Assembly (NCBI GenBank): GCA_039815185.1
Contig: JBCBZT010000007.1
Span: 149,403-213,402, forward strand
Reading direction: 5' to 3'
DNA from: Cyanobacteria bacterium P01_A01_bin.123
GTDB taxonomy: Bacteria > Cyanobacteriota > Cyanobacteriia > Phormidesmidales > Phormidesmidaceae
DNA length: 64,000 bases
In this document: one piece after another, positions 31,232 to 41,000 of the stretch
How positions within the stretch are numbered: position 1 is the stretch's first letter
Layout: the number at the start of each line of letters is the position of its first letter
Position numbers and translations under genes: made by a program
Notes under the pieces: generated by a model
Seen by the model: the letters and a program-made list of their open reading frames with translations, nothing else
The model's database searches: none
Told to the model about the DNA's origin: nothing

Positions 31232-31293
31232 TTTGACGTTAATTTATAAGTGCGATCGCCAGAATCATACAGGTTAGCTGAGCAAGCGCAGAA

Positions 31294-32784
31294 TTAACGA
31301 GGTTGGAGCCAGCCTGGAAGCAAACCGTAGGGATCGAGACGAACTTGACTGTTGAAGGCAACGTGATGCTCCTCTAATAGCGTCTGTAATTCTCCACTCT
31401 TAAAGGCATCAAAAGTTTCCGTACAACCCCCAATGAACTTCCCACCTACAAAAATTTGGGGAATAGTTTTGCAACCCGTTTTGGCGTTCAATGCAGCCCT
31501 GATTTTGCCACCCCAACCATCGGCTTGATACTCCACAGAATCCAAATTAACTGAGCGATACTCAATGCCACATTTGGCAAACAGCTTGCGAATCGACCAA
31601 CAAAACTCACACCATTGCAAGGCAAACATGATAACAGGCTGTTCTGGCTCATTGATTACAGCCTGCACAAACGCTTCAGCCTCAGGAATTACAACAGGTG
31701 GCTCAACTGCCGTTGGAGCCGATTTTGCAGGGGGTGGCGCATCAAAGCGACAACTGGGTGTTGACTTCGAGATAGCAAGTTCTGCTGCGGTCATCTCTTC
31801 TGGGATTTCTGCAAAAAGTGGTGTGGTGAGATAACGTTCACCCGTGTCAGGGAGCATGCAAAGCACCGTCGAACCTTGGGGTGCTTGTGCACAAACTTGC
31901 AAGGCACCGGCTAATGTTGCACCACCGGAGATGCCTGTAAAAATTCCCTCCTTTTGGGCCAATTCTTGGGAAAGACGCAGCGCATCTGCCCCATTGATGG
32001 GCATGAACTGGTCAATATGGTGGGCCCTCATGACATCTTCCGCCAATTGAGGAATAAAGTCGGGTGTCCAACCTTGCATCAGGTGGGGGCGGAAATTGGG
32101 ATGACTTTCGTGGATGCTGCCATTTTCACTGCGCTTCTGAGGCAGACCACTTGCCATTAATTGTGAATTGTCTGGTTCGCAAACAACAACCTGGGTTTCC
32201 GGTCGCTCTGCTTTAAGAACCCTGGCAGTCCCTTTGAGTGTGCCCCCTGTGCCAAAACCTGTTACCCAGTAATCGAGCGGTTGATCCCGAAAATCATCCA
32301 AAATTTCAGGGGCGGTTGTGCGGGAATGGATATCGGCATTGGCCTCATTCTCAAACTGGCGACAAAGAAACCAACCGTGGGTTTCAGCCAGCTCAATGGC
32401 TTTGTTAAGCATGCCCATCGCTTTTTGAGAAGCGGGTGTTAGAACAACTTTAGCCCCCAAGAAACGCATGATTTTACGGCGTTCGATGCTGCAGTTTTCT
32501 GCCATAACCACAACCAGGGGGTAGCCTTTCTGTGCACAGACCATTGCTAAACCAATGCCTGTATTACCGCTAGTCGCTTCAATAACGGTTTGTCCGGGGG
32601 ATAAACTTCCGTCTCGTTCCGCGGCTTCTATAACGCCCAGTGCTAAGCGATCTTTAACGGATCCCATAGGATTAAATGCTTCAGCTTTGATATACAAGTT
32701 AATACCTTCTGGAGCCAACTTATTGAGTTTGATAACTGGAGTACGGCCAATTGTTTCAAGGATATTGTTGTAAAGCTTGCCCAT
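31294..32784 (-). CDS. cysK: Cysteine synthase (PLP) fused to a C-terminal glutaredoxin domain
   Basis: NPMGSVKDR, EATSGNTGIGLA, GFGTGGT, GISGGA, PDTGERYL; then WCEFC and TIPQIFVGGKFIGGC. Confidence 0.9.
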   Translation of the reverse strand: MGKLYNNILETIGRTPVIKLNKLAPEGINLYIKAEAFNPMGSVKDRLALGVIEAAERDGSLSPGQTVIEATSGNTGIGLAMVCAQKGYPLVVVMAENCSIERRKIMRFLGAKVVLTPASQKAMGMLNKAIELAETHGWFLCRQFENEANADIHSRTTAPEILDDFRDQPLDYWVTGFGTGGTLKGTARVLKAERPETQVVVCEPDNSQLMASGLPQKRSENGSIHESHPNFRPHLMQGWTPDFIPQLAEDVMRAHHIDQFMPINGADALRLSQELAQKEGIFTGISGGATLAGALQVCAQAPQGSTVLCMLPDTGERYLTTPLFAEIPEEMTAAELAISKSTPSCRFDAPPPAKSAPTAVEPPVVIPEAEAFVQAVINEPEQPVIMFALQWCEFCWSIRKLFAKCGIEYRSVNLDSVEYQADGWGGKIRAALNAKTGCKTIPQIFVGGKFIGGCTETFDAFKSGELQTLLEEHHVAFNSQVRLDPYGLLPGWLQPR

Positions 32785-32949
32785 GGAGGCCACCTCAGTA
32801 AAGACAATTAAGAAAGGAAAGTTGCTGGTTGATGAAGCTTCACACTGGGTGTGCGATTTGAAATTTCATCTTTGTACCCCAACCTTAAGCAGCAAGTGAG
32901 AAGAAACCGAGAACTAAATCGGGAAAAACTCGAGAGCTAAGCTGCTGGA

Positions 32950-33318
32950 CTAATGTTTTATCGGGTTCAAACGCCCGGGAAAATAGAAATGTAGAGTCCG
33001 GGCGGTATCATCAAGGCCCACCAGCTCGTGAATCTCGTTGGGCGATGTCCAAGTCCACTGTCCCTGACGAATGACTTTCTCAGAGACGACCGTTAGCTGC
33101 CCTGAAGAAAGGCAGTATTTTCGCTCTAGCAGTTGCCCTGATAAAACACGGGTCAAGTTGATCGAAAGATGATGATTGTGTGGCCTGGAACCGATTCCCG
33201 CTTTCCAAGCTAGAATCAGAATCTCAAGCCAGCGATTGCAAATTAGCTGAATGTATTGGTATCCAAAGGGATGGTTCACCTTTTGGTTAGGAGTATCGGA
33301 CCAAACTAGACGTTTCAT
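32950..33318 (-). CDS. Cysteine dioxygenase type I-like cupin
   Basis: LAWKAGIGSRPHNH, VLSGQLLE, IHEL, TLHFY: metal-binding His pattern of thiol dioxygenases. Confidence 0.7.
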   Translation of the reverse strand: MKRLVWSDTPNQKVNHPFGYQYIQLICNRWLEILILAWKAGIGSRPHNHHLSINLTRVLSGQLLERKYCLSSGQLTVVSEKVIRQGQWTWTSPNEIHELVGLDDTARTLHFYFPGRLNPIKH

Positions 33319-33454
33319 GGTGGCTTTTCTCAAAAGTGACGGGATTGTCAGGCAGCGAGGGACTATCTTTCCAGAACGATAGTCCTCGCTGAAGTTTTTT
33401 GAATCAGCCCCACCGAGGCTGTTCATCTAAATCAACGCGTTTCTCTAGCCATCT

Positions 33455-34144
33455 TCAAGTCAGCCGCCTGAGGCGACGCTTCAGGACTGAACCAGTGCCC
33501 ACCGTAGCCAGCGTCAGTAAACTGAATATCAAAGAAGGTTCGGGAACAGCTTCAACCTCAGAGGCTGCTGGAAAAACCGCAAATTGCAGATCCGCGCACG
33601 GGAACCCATCGGGATTTTCGGACGTAGCACATCCCCCGTTAAAGGTCGTGAGTTGCTTTTCCAACAAATTGGGATCCTCGCTGGCAGGCCCATGCCAGCG
33701 GGCAATGGTATGAACCTCAGTCGCGAAGGGGTCTTTCAGGCCATCGCCGAAGAGTATTTGATCGTCTTCCTGAGGAAGCTGACCAACTTCTAGGCGAGCT
33801 TCAAAATTGCCAATGCCGTCCTCTCCAACGAGTGCCCCGCTTGCCCAGAACCCTGAAACGCCGACTGCTTCGTTATCCAGATCGTCGATACCACAGCCAT
33901 CGATGCAGAGATCGGGTTGATCAAACAAGATCCACCAGAGCGTATAAGCGCCTGACGGTAATTCACGGGTCTGGAAAGTAGTTTCAATAGCATCGGAGAA
34001 TCGGGTCAAGCTCGCGGTTGAGTCTGGAATGAATTCACCCGACTCGAAGTCAGCGGGTTGCGTGTTTTGCAATATGGCTGCTTCGGCTGGGGCGGCCAGT
34101 GGGAGAAAACTTAAGACAACAATAGGGATTAATTTTTTAACCAT
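33455..34144 (-). CDS. PEP-CTERM sorting-domain surface protein
   Basis: Signal peptide MVKKLIPIVVLSFLPLAAPAEA; C-terminal VPEPSLIFSLLTLATVGTGSVLKRR. Confidence 0.88.
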   Translation of the reverse strand: MVKKLIPIVVLSFLPLAAPAEAAILQNTQPADFESGEFIPDSTASLTRFSDAIETTFQTRELPSGAYTLWWILFDQPDLCIDGCGIDDLDNEAVGVSGFWASGALVGEDGIGNFEARLEVGQLPQEDDQILFGDGLKDPFATEVHTIARWHGPASEDPNLLEKQLTTFNGGCATSENPDGFPCADLQFAVFPAASEVEAVPEPSLIFSLLTLATVGTGSVLKRRLRRLT

Positions 34145-34399
34145 GATCGTTCCTCTATTTTGAATTTCGAATCTTTTAGGGATTAACTCAATGCTTTGAC
34201 TGTGTCCGCTGCTGTTGGAGCAGCGGACGGACTCAACTTCTTTAGGCGTTGACAAAATTGGGAGGGAACACACTTAGTCCCCAGACAGATCCTGTAAAAG
34301 GCTCTCTTCGGAAACGGTTAATGGAGGATCGAGACGTCGTGGAAATCCAAGCTGATAAATTCAGAGTTCGGAAAAGCTTGGGCCATGACTAGCACTGTT

Positions 34400-35590
34400 T
34401 CATCCCCACCGAGGTTGTTCATCCAAATTGAGGCCCAATGCAACCTTGGCAATGATTTCATGGGTTAAGGCAGAATTGGCAGGATGGAAGCGGCCGGCGC
34501 GGGCATCTCGGAAGAGCCGCTCTAACTCACTTTTCTTGAACATGCCAAACCCACCTGAAAGATCGAGGGCGCGATCAACAATTTTCCAGGCACTTTCGAC
34601 CGCATGATATTTGGCTGAAACCAGCTTTGCAGGCCATTCACCACCATAGTCAACACCGTTTGACCAGTCTGCGGCAATCTTTTCAATGTGGGGTCCGATG
34701 GTGTCAAACTCCAAAATCATATCGGCAATGCCATGTTGAATCTCAGCATGATGAGACATGGATTTCGCCATGATCAGAGAGGTTTTTTGGGGAACCGCCT
34801 CGAGGGTGAGATCAATGGCGCGTTGGGCAACTGCCCAATAAACATGGGCAAACCCCATCAGTGCCCAGGCGAAAATGCACAAAATAAAGAAATCAGCGCC
34901 TCCAAAGCCTGTTGGAACAACTCTGGATACGAATTCATCGGGTACGAAAACACCATCGAGAAGGGTGTCGTCACTGCGCGTTGCCCGCATCCCCAAGACA
35001 TCCCAGGTTTCTTTGATGGTGTAGCCCATCGTCGATCGGGGCATAAAGGCATGAACCACTTTCGGTTGATTGGGAACGCTGTTATCCATGCCGTGAATTC
35101 CTAACCAATCCCAAACTGGCGTAAGACTCCCGAAGGACTTGCGTCCATGAAATCGATAGCCGCCATCGACTCGTTCGGCTTTGGTTGTTGAATACAGTAG
35201 CGGTAAGTCATTGCCTGTTTCACCATGACCTGCGGCAAAGACTTTTCCTTGCCCTGCCTGTTCCAAAATCCAGTCAGTGGAGTGGTCTCCAGAACGATAC
35301 AGGTCAGCAGCTACCCCTACCCAGTAATGATGCATGTTCAGACAGAGCGCCGTTGCCGGTGCATGGTATGCCAACCGCCGAGTTTCCTTTGACATGTCTG
35401 CCAGGGTCAACCCTTTTCCGCCAAACTCTGGAGGAACGGTGAGCAGGAGATAGCCTGCTGCTTTTAGCTCGTCAAAGTCTTCTTGGCAAAACCGATTTTC
35501 GCGATCATAGACAGAAACGCGATCTGCGCAACGTTGCAACACGTCATCAGGTATGGATAAGGTATCAGGCTTTAGTGGAGTCGCAACCAT
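34400..35590 (-). CDS. Acyl-CoA dehydrogenase-fold protein, resembling group D flavin monooxygenases
   Basis: GYRFHGRKSFGS, WDVLGMRATRS, ALDLSGG, LERLFRDARAGRFHP. Confidence 0.85.
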   Translation of the reverse strand: MVATPLKPDTLSIPDDVLQRCADRVSVYDRENRFCQEDFDELKAAGYLLLTVPPEFGGKGLTLADMSKETRRLAYHAPATALCLNMHHYWVGVAADLYRSGDHSTDWILEQAGQGKVFAAGHGETGNDLPLLYSTTKAERVDGGYRFHGRKSFGSLTPVWDWLGIHGMDNSVPNQPKVVHAFMPRSTMGYTIKETWDVLGMRATRSDDTLLDGVFVPDEFVSRVVPTGFGGADFFILCIFAWALMGFAHVYWAVAQRAIDLTLEAVPQKTSLIMAKSMSHHAEIQHGIADMILEFDTIGPHIEKIAADWSNGVDYGGEWPAKLVSAKYHAVESAWKIVDRALDLSGGFGMFKKSELERLFRDARAGRFHPANSALTHEIIAKVALGLNLDEQPRWG

Positions 35591-35814
35591 GAATGGCCTC
35601 CTAAAGATAAGTAAAGGTGTGCAGGTAAGTTGATGGAACTATTGCAAGCAGCTGAGCCTACGATTGACCGGCTTGCATGGGGCCCAACATTTGGGTGAAT
35701 TCGTTTAACGGAAAAGCGTTTTCAGCAGTGTTCGCAAGGTTTCAGAGGTCACTCAGCCGGAAGTGCCTCAATTTCTCCTCTAGAAACCAGAAATGAAAAC
35801 TGCTTTTGCTGAGC

Positions 35815-36486
35815 CTAAATGGAGTAATTTGGCTGACGCAGCATGGGGAAAATCTGAGGTGATTTCCCGGCTTGAATTGTGCCGATAACTTCGAAGCCGT
35901 GATGTTGGTAAAACGGGATATTCTCGGGATTAGACGATTCCAGATAGGCGGGGAGGCGATCGCGATCGCACTTATCCAGCACTGCATGCAACAGCACCGA
36001 ACCCAGTCCCTGGCTTTGATGTCTGGGATCTACCCCCAGCAATGGTAAGTACCAGTGGGGATAGTGAGGATGGTAGTGATCCATCTGTTCAAAAACCGCA
36101 AACGCATCGGGTTGATCGGCTTCGAACAAACACCCTTGCAGCAGTTCTTCGACGACCTCGGAGTCGGGTTCAATACCGGGGGAAAACCAGAGTGCCCCTC
36201 CGGTATTGTCTCCACTCACATAGGCAGTACCTTGCTCAAAGGCTTTACCAGCGAATGCGATCACAAACTGTGGGAAATAGGTCAGGTACTGGTGAGGATC
36301 CGGAAATAGCCATCGCACGGCTGGGTCGTTGCTAAAGGCTAGTACCAGAGATGGAATCACATATTTATGTTCTGTGACGCTGGCAACTCTGGATGCAGCC
36401 AAGGATCGGTTAAGTTCAGGTGGGCTTAACGGTGACGTCAAGATTCCTCCACCGGTGTCGCTTGTGATCAGTTGGGAATGCAGCAT
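35815..36486 (-). CDS. GNAT acetyltransferase (puromycin N-acetyltransferase-like)
   Basis: AFSNDP, HWYLPLLGVDPRHQSQGLGS, AYLESSNPENIPFYQHHGF. Confidence 0.88.
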   Translation of the reverse strand: MLHSQLITSDTGGGILTSPLSPPELNRSLAASRVASVTEHKYVIPSLVLAFSNDPAVRWLFPDPHQYLTYFPQFVIAFAGKAFEQGTAYVSGDNTGGALWFSPGIEPDSEVVEELLQGCLFEADQPDAFAVFEQMDHYHPHYPHWYLPLLGVDPRHQSQGLGSVLLHAVLDKCDRDRLPAYLESSNPENIPFYQHHGFEVIGTIQAGKSPQIFPMLRQPNYSI

Positions 36487-36542
36487 GGTTACCTCCGATG
36501 CAGTGAGCTTTGTTCAACTGCACTCAAGGTAATTAGCCGGAT

Positions 36543-36569
36543 GTTCCGCGATCGTTCCCCCAGCGTTCC
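36543..36569 (-). promoter_or_regulatory. Three GGAAC direct repeats at 11-bp period; candidate SARP/BTAD operator
   Basis: Plus-strand GTTCC at 36543, 36554 and 36565, 57 bp upstream of the GNAT start. Confidence 0.55.
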
Positions 36570-36588
36570 GCCAATCATGTTGCCACCC

Positions 36589-36674
36589 AGCTAACGTTCC
36601 AAATCAGCAGTAGCAGAGAAATTGAAACGAAACAGGAGGCGTTGCAATTGCCCGCTGTATTTGGGTTGTTATGC
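36589..36674 (-). mobile_element. Integron attC recombination site (86 bp)
   Basis: Minus strand: R'' GCATAAC, L'' CCAAATACAGCGG ... L' CTGCTGATTTGG, R' GTTAGCT; 4 nt after the toxin stop codon. Confidence 0.8.
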
Positions 36675-36678
36675 CGCA

Positions 36679-36939
36679 CTATAGCTTGCCAATCAACTTG
36701 TCATACTCTGCATGTGTTCCAATCCAAAACCAAGAGATTCCATTTTTGACCTCTACACCTAGGGCCCGGTACCTCAAACCTGCGCGAACTGACCAGTACC
36801 GTTTGCCCAACTTCTTGAAATGTAACGATGGGTGGGACGGGTCAACCTTGAGTAATTCGTAGCACTCATCAGCTGTTCGTTGAATATCTTTGGGCAGAGT
36901 GTTGTAGCATTGCCAAAATCTCTGGGTTGTATAGTGCAT
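36679..36939 (-). CDS. RelE/ParE-superfamily toxin
   Basis: HPSLHFKK, YWSVRAGLRYRALG, WFWIGTHAEYDKL; TGATG overlap with the antitoxin. Confidence 0.85.
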   Translation of the reverse strand: MHYTTQRFWQCYNTLPKDIQRTADECYELLKVDPSHPSLHFKKLGKRYWSVRAGLRYRALGVEVKNGISWFWIGTHAEYDKLIGKL

Positions 36940-37139
36940 CAGATTTCTTGGCACTGACCCGCTTCAAACTCGGCGATCGCCTCTTGAGCAAACGCCTCTA
37001 ATTTACCCTCGTCAATATCTTGCTCTATCTGCTTATCCCAGCGTTCGTAGTCTAAATCAAGGAACCACGACCTTAGTTTCTCAAATTCATTGATTGGTAA
37101 GGAAAGAATTGCTGATTCGATTTGCTCAAGGTTGGACAT
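36939..37139 (-). CDS. Cognate acidic antitoxin
   Basis: LEQIESAILSLP...WDKQIEQDIDEGKLEAFAQEAIAEFEAG; TATAAT at 37175-37170 upstream. Confidence 0.8.
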   Translation of the reverse strand: MSNLEQIESAILSLPINEFEKLRSWFLDLDYERWDKQIEQDIDEGKLEAFAQEAIAEFEAGQCQEI

Positions 37140-37280
37140 GGCCGCTCATACCTCTCTAACCTCAAGAGAATTATAGCTTCACCAGGAAGGAGCCTACAGC
37201 CAGGACCTGTTGACCCTTGTACAGCACACCTCTTGACCACTGACAGATGAACTCATGGCTGCGCCTCAACCAAGAACTAA

Positions 37281-37440
37281 GCGGCATAACAATCCTATTA
37301 GACAGACAGTTTCTGTATATCTACCATGCTGGTAAGGATATACAGAGAGGATCGGCACATCTATCCCGACGGTGAAGAGTGCAAGAAACTTTCTGCATAT
37401 TATTCCTCTCAGGATTGATCGAAAGAAACTTTCTGCATAT
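37281..37440 (-). repeat. attI-like simple site plus three copies of a palindromic AGAAA-N-TTTCTGYATAT motif
   Basis: Minus strand GTCTAAT-aggatt-GTTATGC; AAGAAACTTTCTGCATAT identical at 37383-37400 and 37423-37440; degenerate CAGACAGTTTCTGTATAT at 37303-37320. Confidence 0.6.
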
Positions 37441-37454
37441 GTAGCCGAACCCAC

Positions 37455-37982
37455 TCATGGCTTAATCACCATCGCCGACCAACCCCGGTCAAAAGGAACG
37501 TTTAACCGCCGATAGGTTTCGCGAATGACTTCGGCATCAGGGGCATTGATTTCACAGATGACACGGGTGCGATCACTAGACACATAAGACTGTACCCACT
37601 CCACCCCCCGCTCAGCATGACAGGGCAGCACTCGGCGGTTCGTTTCATCCCACTGTTTCCAGGTAAATCCTTGAGGATAGGTGTGCTCAAACACTTTCAA
37701 ACCCTTTTCATTGGGAGTTGATGGGGGGGCTTCAGGCATGACAATCTCACCCGACCACATGCGGCTAAAGGCGGTGCCGCCCCGACGAAAGGATTCACGA
37801 ACAGACTCGGTGTCGGGCGCTTCGAAGGTACAAATCATCCGGTGACGCTCGCTTGAGAGCAGGGTATAGAGCCATTGGCAGTTGCGTTCGGCGAGGCACT
37901 CCTCGGTTCGGAGAACGACCTCATTTGGGATTTCCGGATAAAGGGGCGTATCCGATTGGGTTTCAACTACAACAAAGGGCAT
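37455..37982 (-). CDS. DUF4242 (SCO4226-like) protein with two tandem domains
   Basis: Repeated W..(T/S)..SS.R.R.IC...APD.E..RE..RR....F.R.WS. Confidence 0.8.
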   Translation of the reverse strand: MPFVVVETQSDTPLYPEIPNEVVLRTEECLAERNCQWLYTLLSSERHRMICTFEAPDTESVRESFRRGGTAFSRMWSGEIVMPEAPPSTPNEKGLKVFEHTYPQGFTWKQWDETNRRVLPCHAERGVEWVQSYVSSDRTRVICEINAPDAEVIRETYRRLNVPFDRGWSAMVIKP

Positions 37983-38016
37983 AGGAATCTCGAGTTTTGG
38001 ACGATTGGGAGCTGGT

Positions 38017-41000
38017 TTAGGGAACTGGATGAGCTGGAATTGATAGTATTTGCTGAGCTTCGGCGATCGCAGTTTGGGCAGTGGCACTAACATTGTGGAA
38101 ATCTGCCGTTTCTTGTAGCTGCTGAAATTCGGCCAGCGCTTGCTCAGGGTCGCCTAGCTTGAGCAAGCTTTGAACGAGAACAGCCCAACTCAAGGCAATT
38201 TGGCTGGGATGGTTGATCGCACGCGCATTGTTTAGCGCGGCCGTGGCGCGTTCATAGGCTAGCGGTAGGTTCGCGTCTGCCAAATCGATTGCAGCGGCAC
38301 GCATCAGGATGGAGGCTAGCACCCGTTTGGCGTCGGCTCGCTGTAAGGCGGCGATCGCAGCAGGTAAGGTTTCGGCAGCGGCAGGTTCTCGAAGCTGATA
38401 TTGCGCTAGGGCAGTCAGCGCTTGGGCAATGGCTGCCTCGCTCCCTTCCCCCTGAATTTTTGCTGCGGCCTCTAGCATGGCTGCCATGTGGGGAAAGACG
38501 GCGGCTGGGTTTTCGGTCTCTAGCTCAATCATGGCGAGATAGCTCAAGTAGTGACACTCCCGCCAGTGTTCTTGGTGGACATGGGTCAGGTGCAGGGCTT
38601 GGCTAATCAGCGATCGCGCTTCGTCATAACGACCATAGTGCCGATGGATAGCCCCCAATCCGGCGAAGATATCAAAATTTTCCAGATCGACCCGCTCTGC
38701 TAAAGACTGGGCTTCGAGTAACAGTGCCTCTGCTCGGGGGATATCGCGCCCAATTTCAGCCAGACAGCCTCCGCTGTAGGCCAGGGTTCGAGCTACCACC
38801 GCTGGGTTTGCTACGCGACTCGCTGCCGCTGCCTGGAGTGAATAGCGATGCACACCGTCAAAGTCACTTTGGTTAAACTGCACGATAATTAGGGCTTCCA
38901 GGGCGTTGGTCTCCGCCTCGGGAAGCTGCTGGGCCTGGGCATCTTCCACCAACTGCTGGGCTTGGGTCGTCAATTGCGCGGCGGTTTCCCCCTGAACCCC
39001 GGCAAGCGCACAGAGGTTCAGCAACTTAGCCTGCCGGGTGATGCGTATCCGGTGGCCGAGTTGCTCAGCCGCTCGAAAGCCTTGACGAGCGTGCTCCACA
39101 GCGGCGGTATAGGCAAACAGTTTGAGGGATTGCTCTACCGCCAAGATTGCCATTTCAGCAGCCAGATCAAAGTCTTCCCCTAAAAAAGCATGGTGGGCAA
39201 CGTCACTGGCAATCGCTTCATCCTGGTTGACTTGTTGGTATAAGTGGTAGGCAATCTGCTGGTGAATCAGTCGCCGCCGGGGCGCTGAAAGCTGTTTGTA
39301 CACAACCTGACGCACGATGCCGTGGGTAAAGTCGTAACAGCCGCCTAGCTGTCTGGCGGCGTTGGGGCAGATAATGCTTTGCTGCTCCAGTTGTTCAATT
39401 GCGCTCAACAGCTGAGCGATAGGCATGTCAGCAATCTGGGCTATCATCGCCGGGGAAAAATTCCGCCCCATCGCCGCGGCCCAGGGCAAAATCCCGCGAG
39501 TGCTGTCGTCCAACTGCTGTAGGCGATCGCCAATCAGCGATTCCAGGGTGCTAGCATCTCCAGATTGATATCCCCGCGATCGCGCCAATTCCAATGCGAA
39601 TAGGGGATTGCCGCCACTATCCACAAACACTTGATTAATTAGCGAAAGAGACAGTTCGGAGGGCACTAAACTTCCCGTACTCCGTAATAAATGACGTGTT
39701 TGCTCCCGATCTAGTGGGGATAGTTCAAGGCAATGTAATCGCTGTTCTCGCCGCAGGGCTTTCAAGACATCGGTGATGGCGGCATTAGCCTCCAATTCGC
39801 CCGACCGAGCTGTACAGGCAATCTGCATTGGGTGGTGGTGCAACACCCGAATCACGTAGTGGAGCAGTGCTGCCGACGCATCATCCATCCACTGAATGTC
39901 GTCGAAGAGCAGCAACAGCGGAGATTGGTCGGCCCATTGTAATAGTGATCGCACCACCGCATCAAATAGATGACTGGGGTCGGGTAAGGTTTGGGATGGA
40001 TGCCCCAATTCCGGCATTAGAAACCCTAATTCAGTCGGTAAATTTGGGATAGATACAATGTCGCTAGACCGCAGTGCATCGATCCACATACCGTAGGGAC
40101 GCATCATCTCCGCAGCAAATCCGCAGCCCCAAAGCAACCGCACGTCAGCTGTTTGCAACTTAGTGTATAACTCTTCCAGTAGCCGGGTTTTCCCAATTCC
40201 GGGTTCCCCTTGCAGTAACAGCATGGGTGTAGCTCTGGTCTTGCCCTGAGAAGGTTTTGCAGACTGCTGGGTACCTGTCAGGAGTGGCTCTCCCCACTGT
40301 TGGATGGTGTCCCACTCTGCTTCCCGGCCCACCAGAGGTGTACTCGCCATCGAAGGATTAAGCGTAACAACCGGTAGCGCTACGGGTTGAGGCGTAGATG
40401 GGGGTTGAGTCGGTGTGAGCAGGGCTTCGTCTTCGTGCAGCAATTGCTCATAGAGCTGTCGTGTCGCTGCCCCTGGATCCACGCCTAACTCATCTTGCAG
40501 GATGGTCATGCACTGGTGATAGGTCTGGAGGGCACCTGCGCGATCGCCCACCCCATGCTGCAGTCGCATGAGGGTGCAATAGACCGCCTCATTGAGATTA
40601 TCCAGGCGGACTAACTGTTGAGCATAGGTGTTAGCAGTGGAGTAATCCTGTTGGTTTTCTAGGAGCTGTATTAGCTGCTCCAGCGATCGCTGATAAAGCT
40701 GCCGTAATCGTTCCCGCTCTGGGGTCAGCCATTCGTCCTCACAATCCGGTAAGAGATCGCCCTGATAAAGCTGAATTGCTTGTTCCCAGTGGGTTTGACG
40801 AACCACATTATCCGTTGATTGCTCGGCGGTATTGATGGCTGCTTCGAACGCTGCGACATCTGACTGACAGTCCTCACTTGACAACCAATGCAGCGATTTC
40901 GTGCCGGTTTTCAACAGCGTTTCCACATTCGGCAGCGATCGCCGCAAATGGCTTAAGGCTTTCCTCAGGTTGGTTCGCGCCTGGGCGTCAGTAGACTCAG

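Larger units (their letters stand above)
30084..31259. repeat. Two copies of a ~29-bp element; the second forms a HIP1-capped hairpin
   Basis: GCAMTTTGACGTTAATTTATAAGTGCGAT at 30084-30112 and 31228-31256; second copy reads GCGATCGCACTT-N14-AAGTGCGATCGC (31222-31259). Confidence 0.85.
36595..37289 (-). mobile_element. Integron-type gene cassette carrying a type II toxin-antitoxin pair
   Basis: 5' junction G/TTATGCCGC (37290-37281) is the exact complement of the cassette's own R'' region GCGGCATAAC (36677-36668). Confidence 0.75.

Noticed and set aside
31273..36595. Giant 5.3-kb cassette bounded by minus-strand GTTAGCTG (36595) and CAGCTAAC (~31280-31273)
   Set aside because: Only 8 bp of complementarity and no L boxes or stem after the putative R''; the GTTAGCT is more simply the original target sequence.
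37383..37440. Mini CRISPR array
   Set aside because: Only two 18-bp repeats with a 22-bp spacer; no cas genes in the window.
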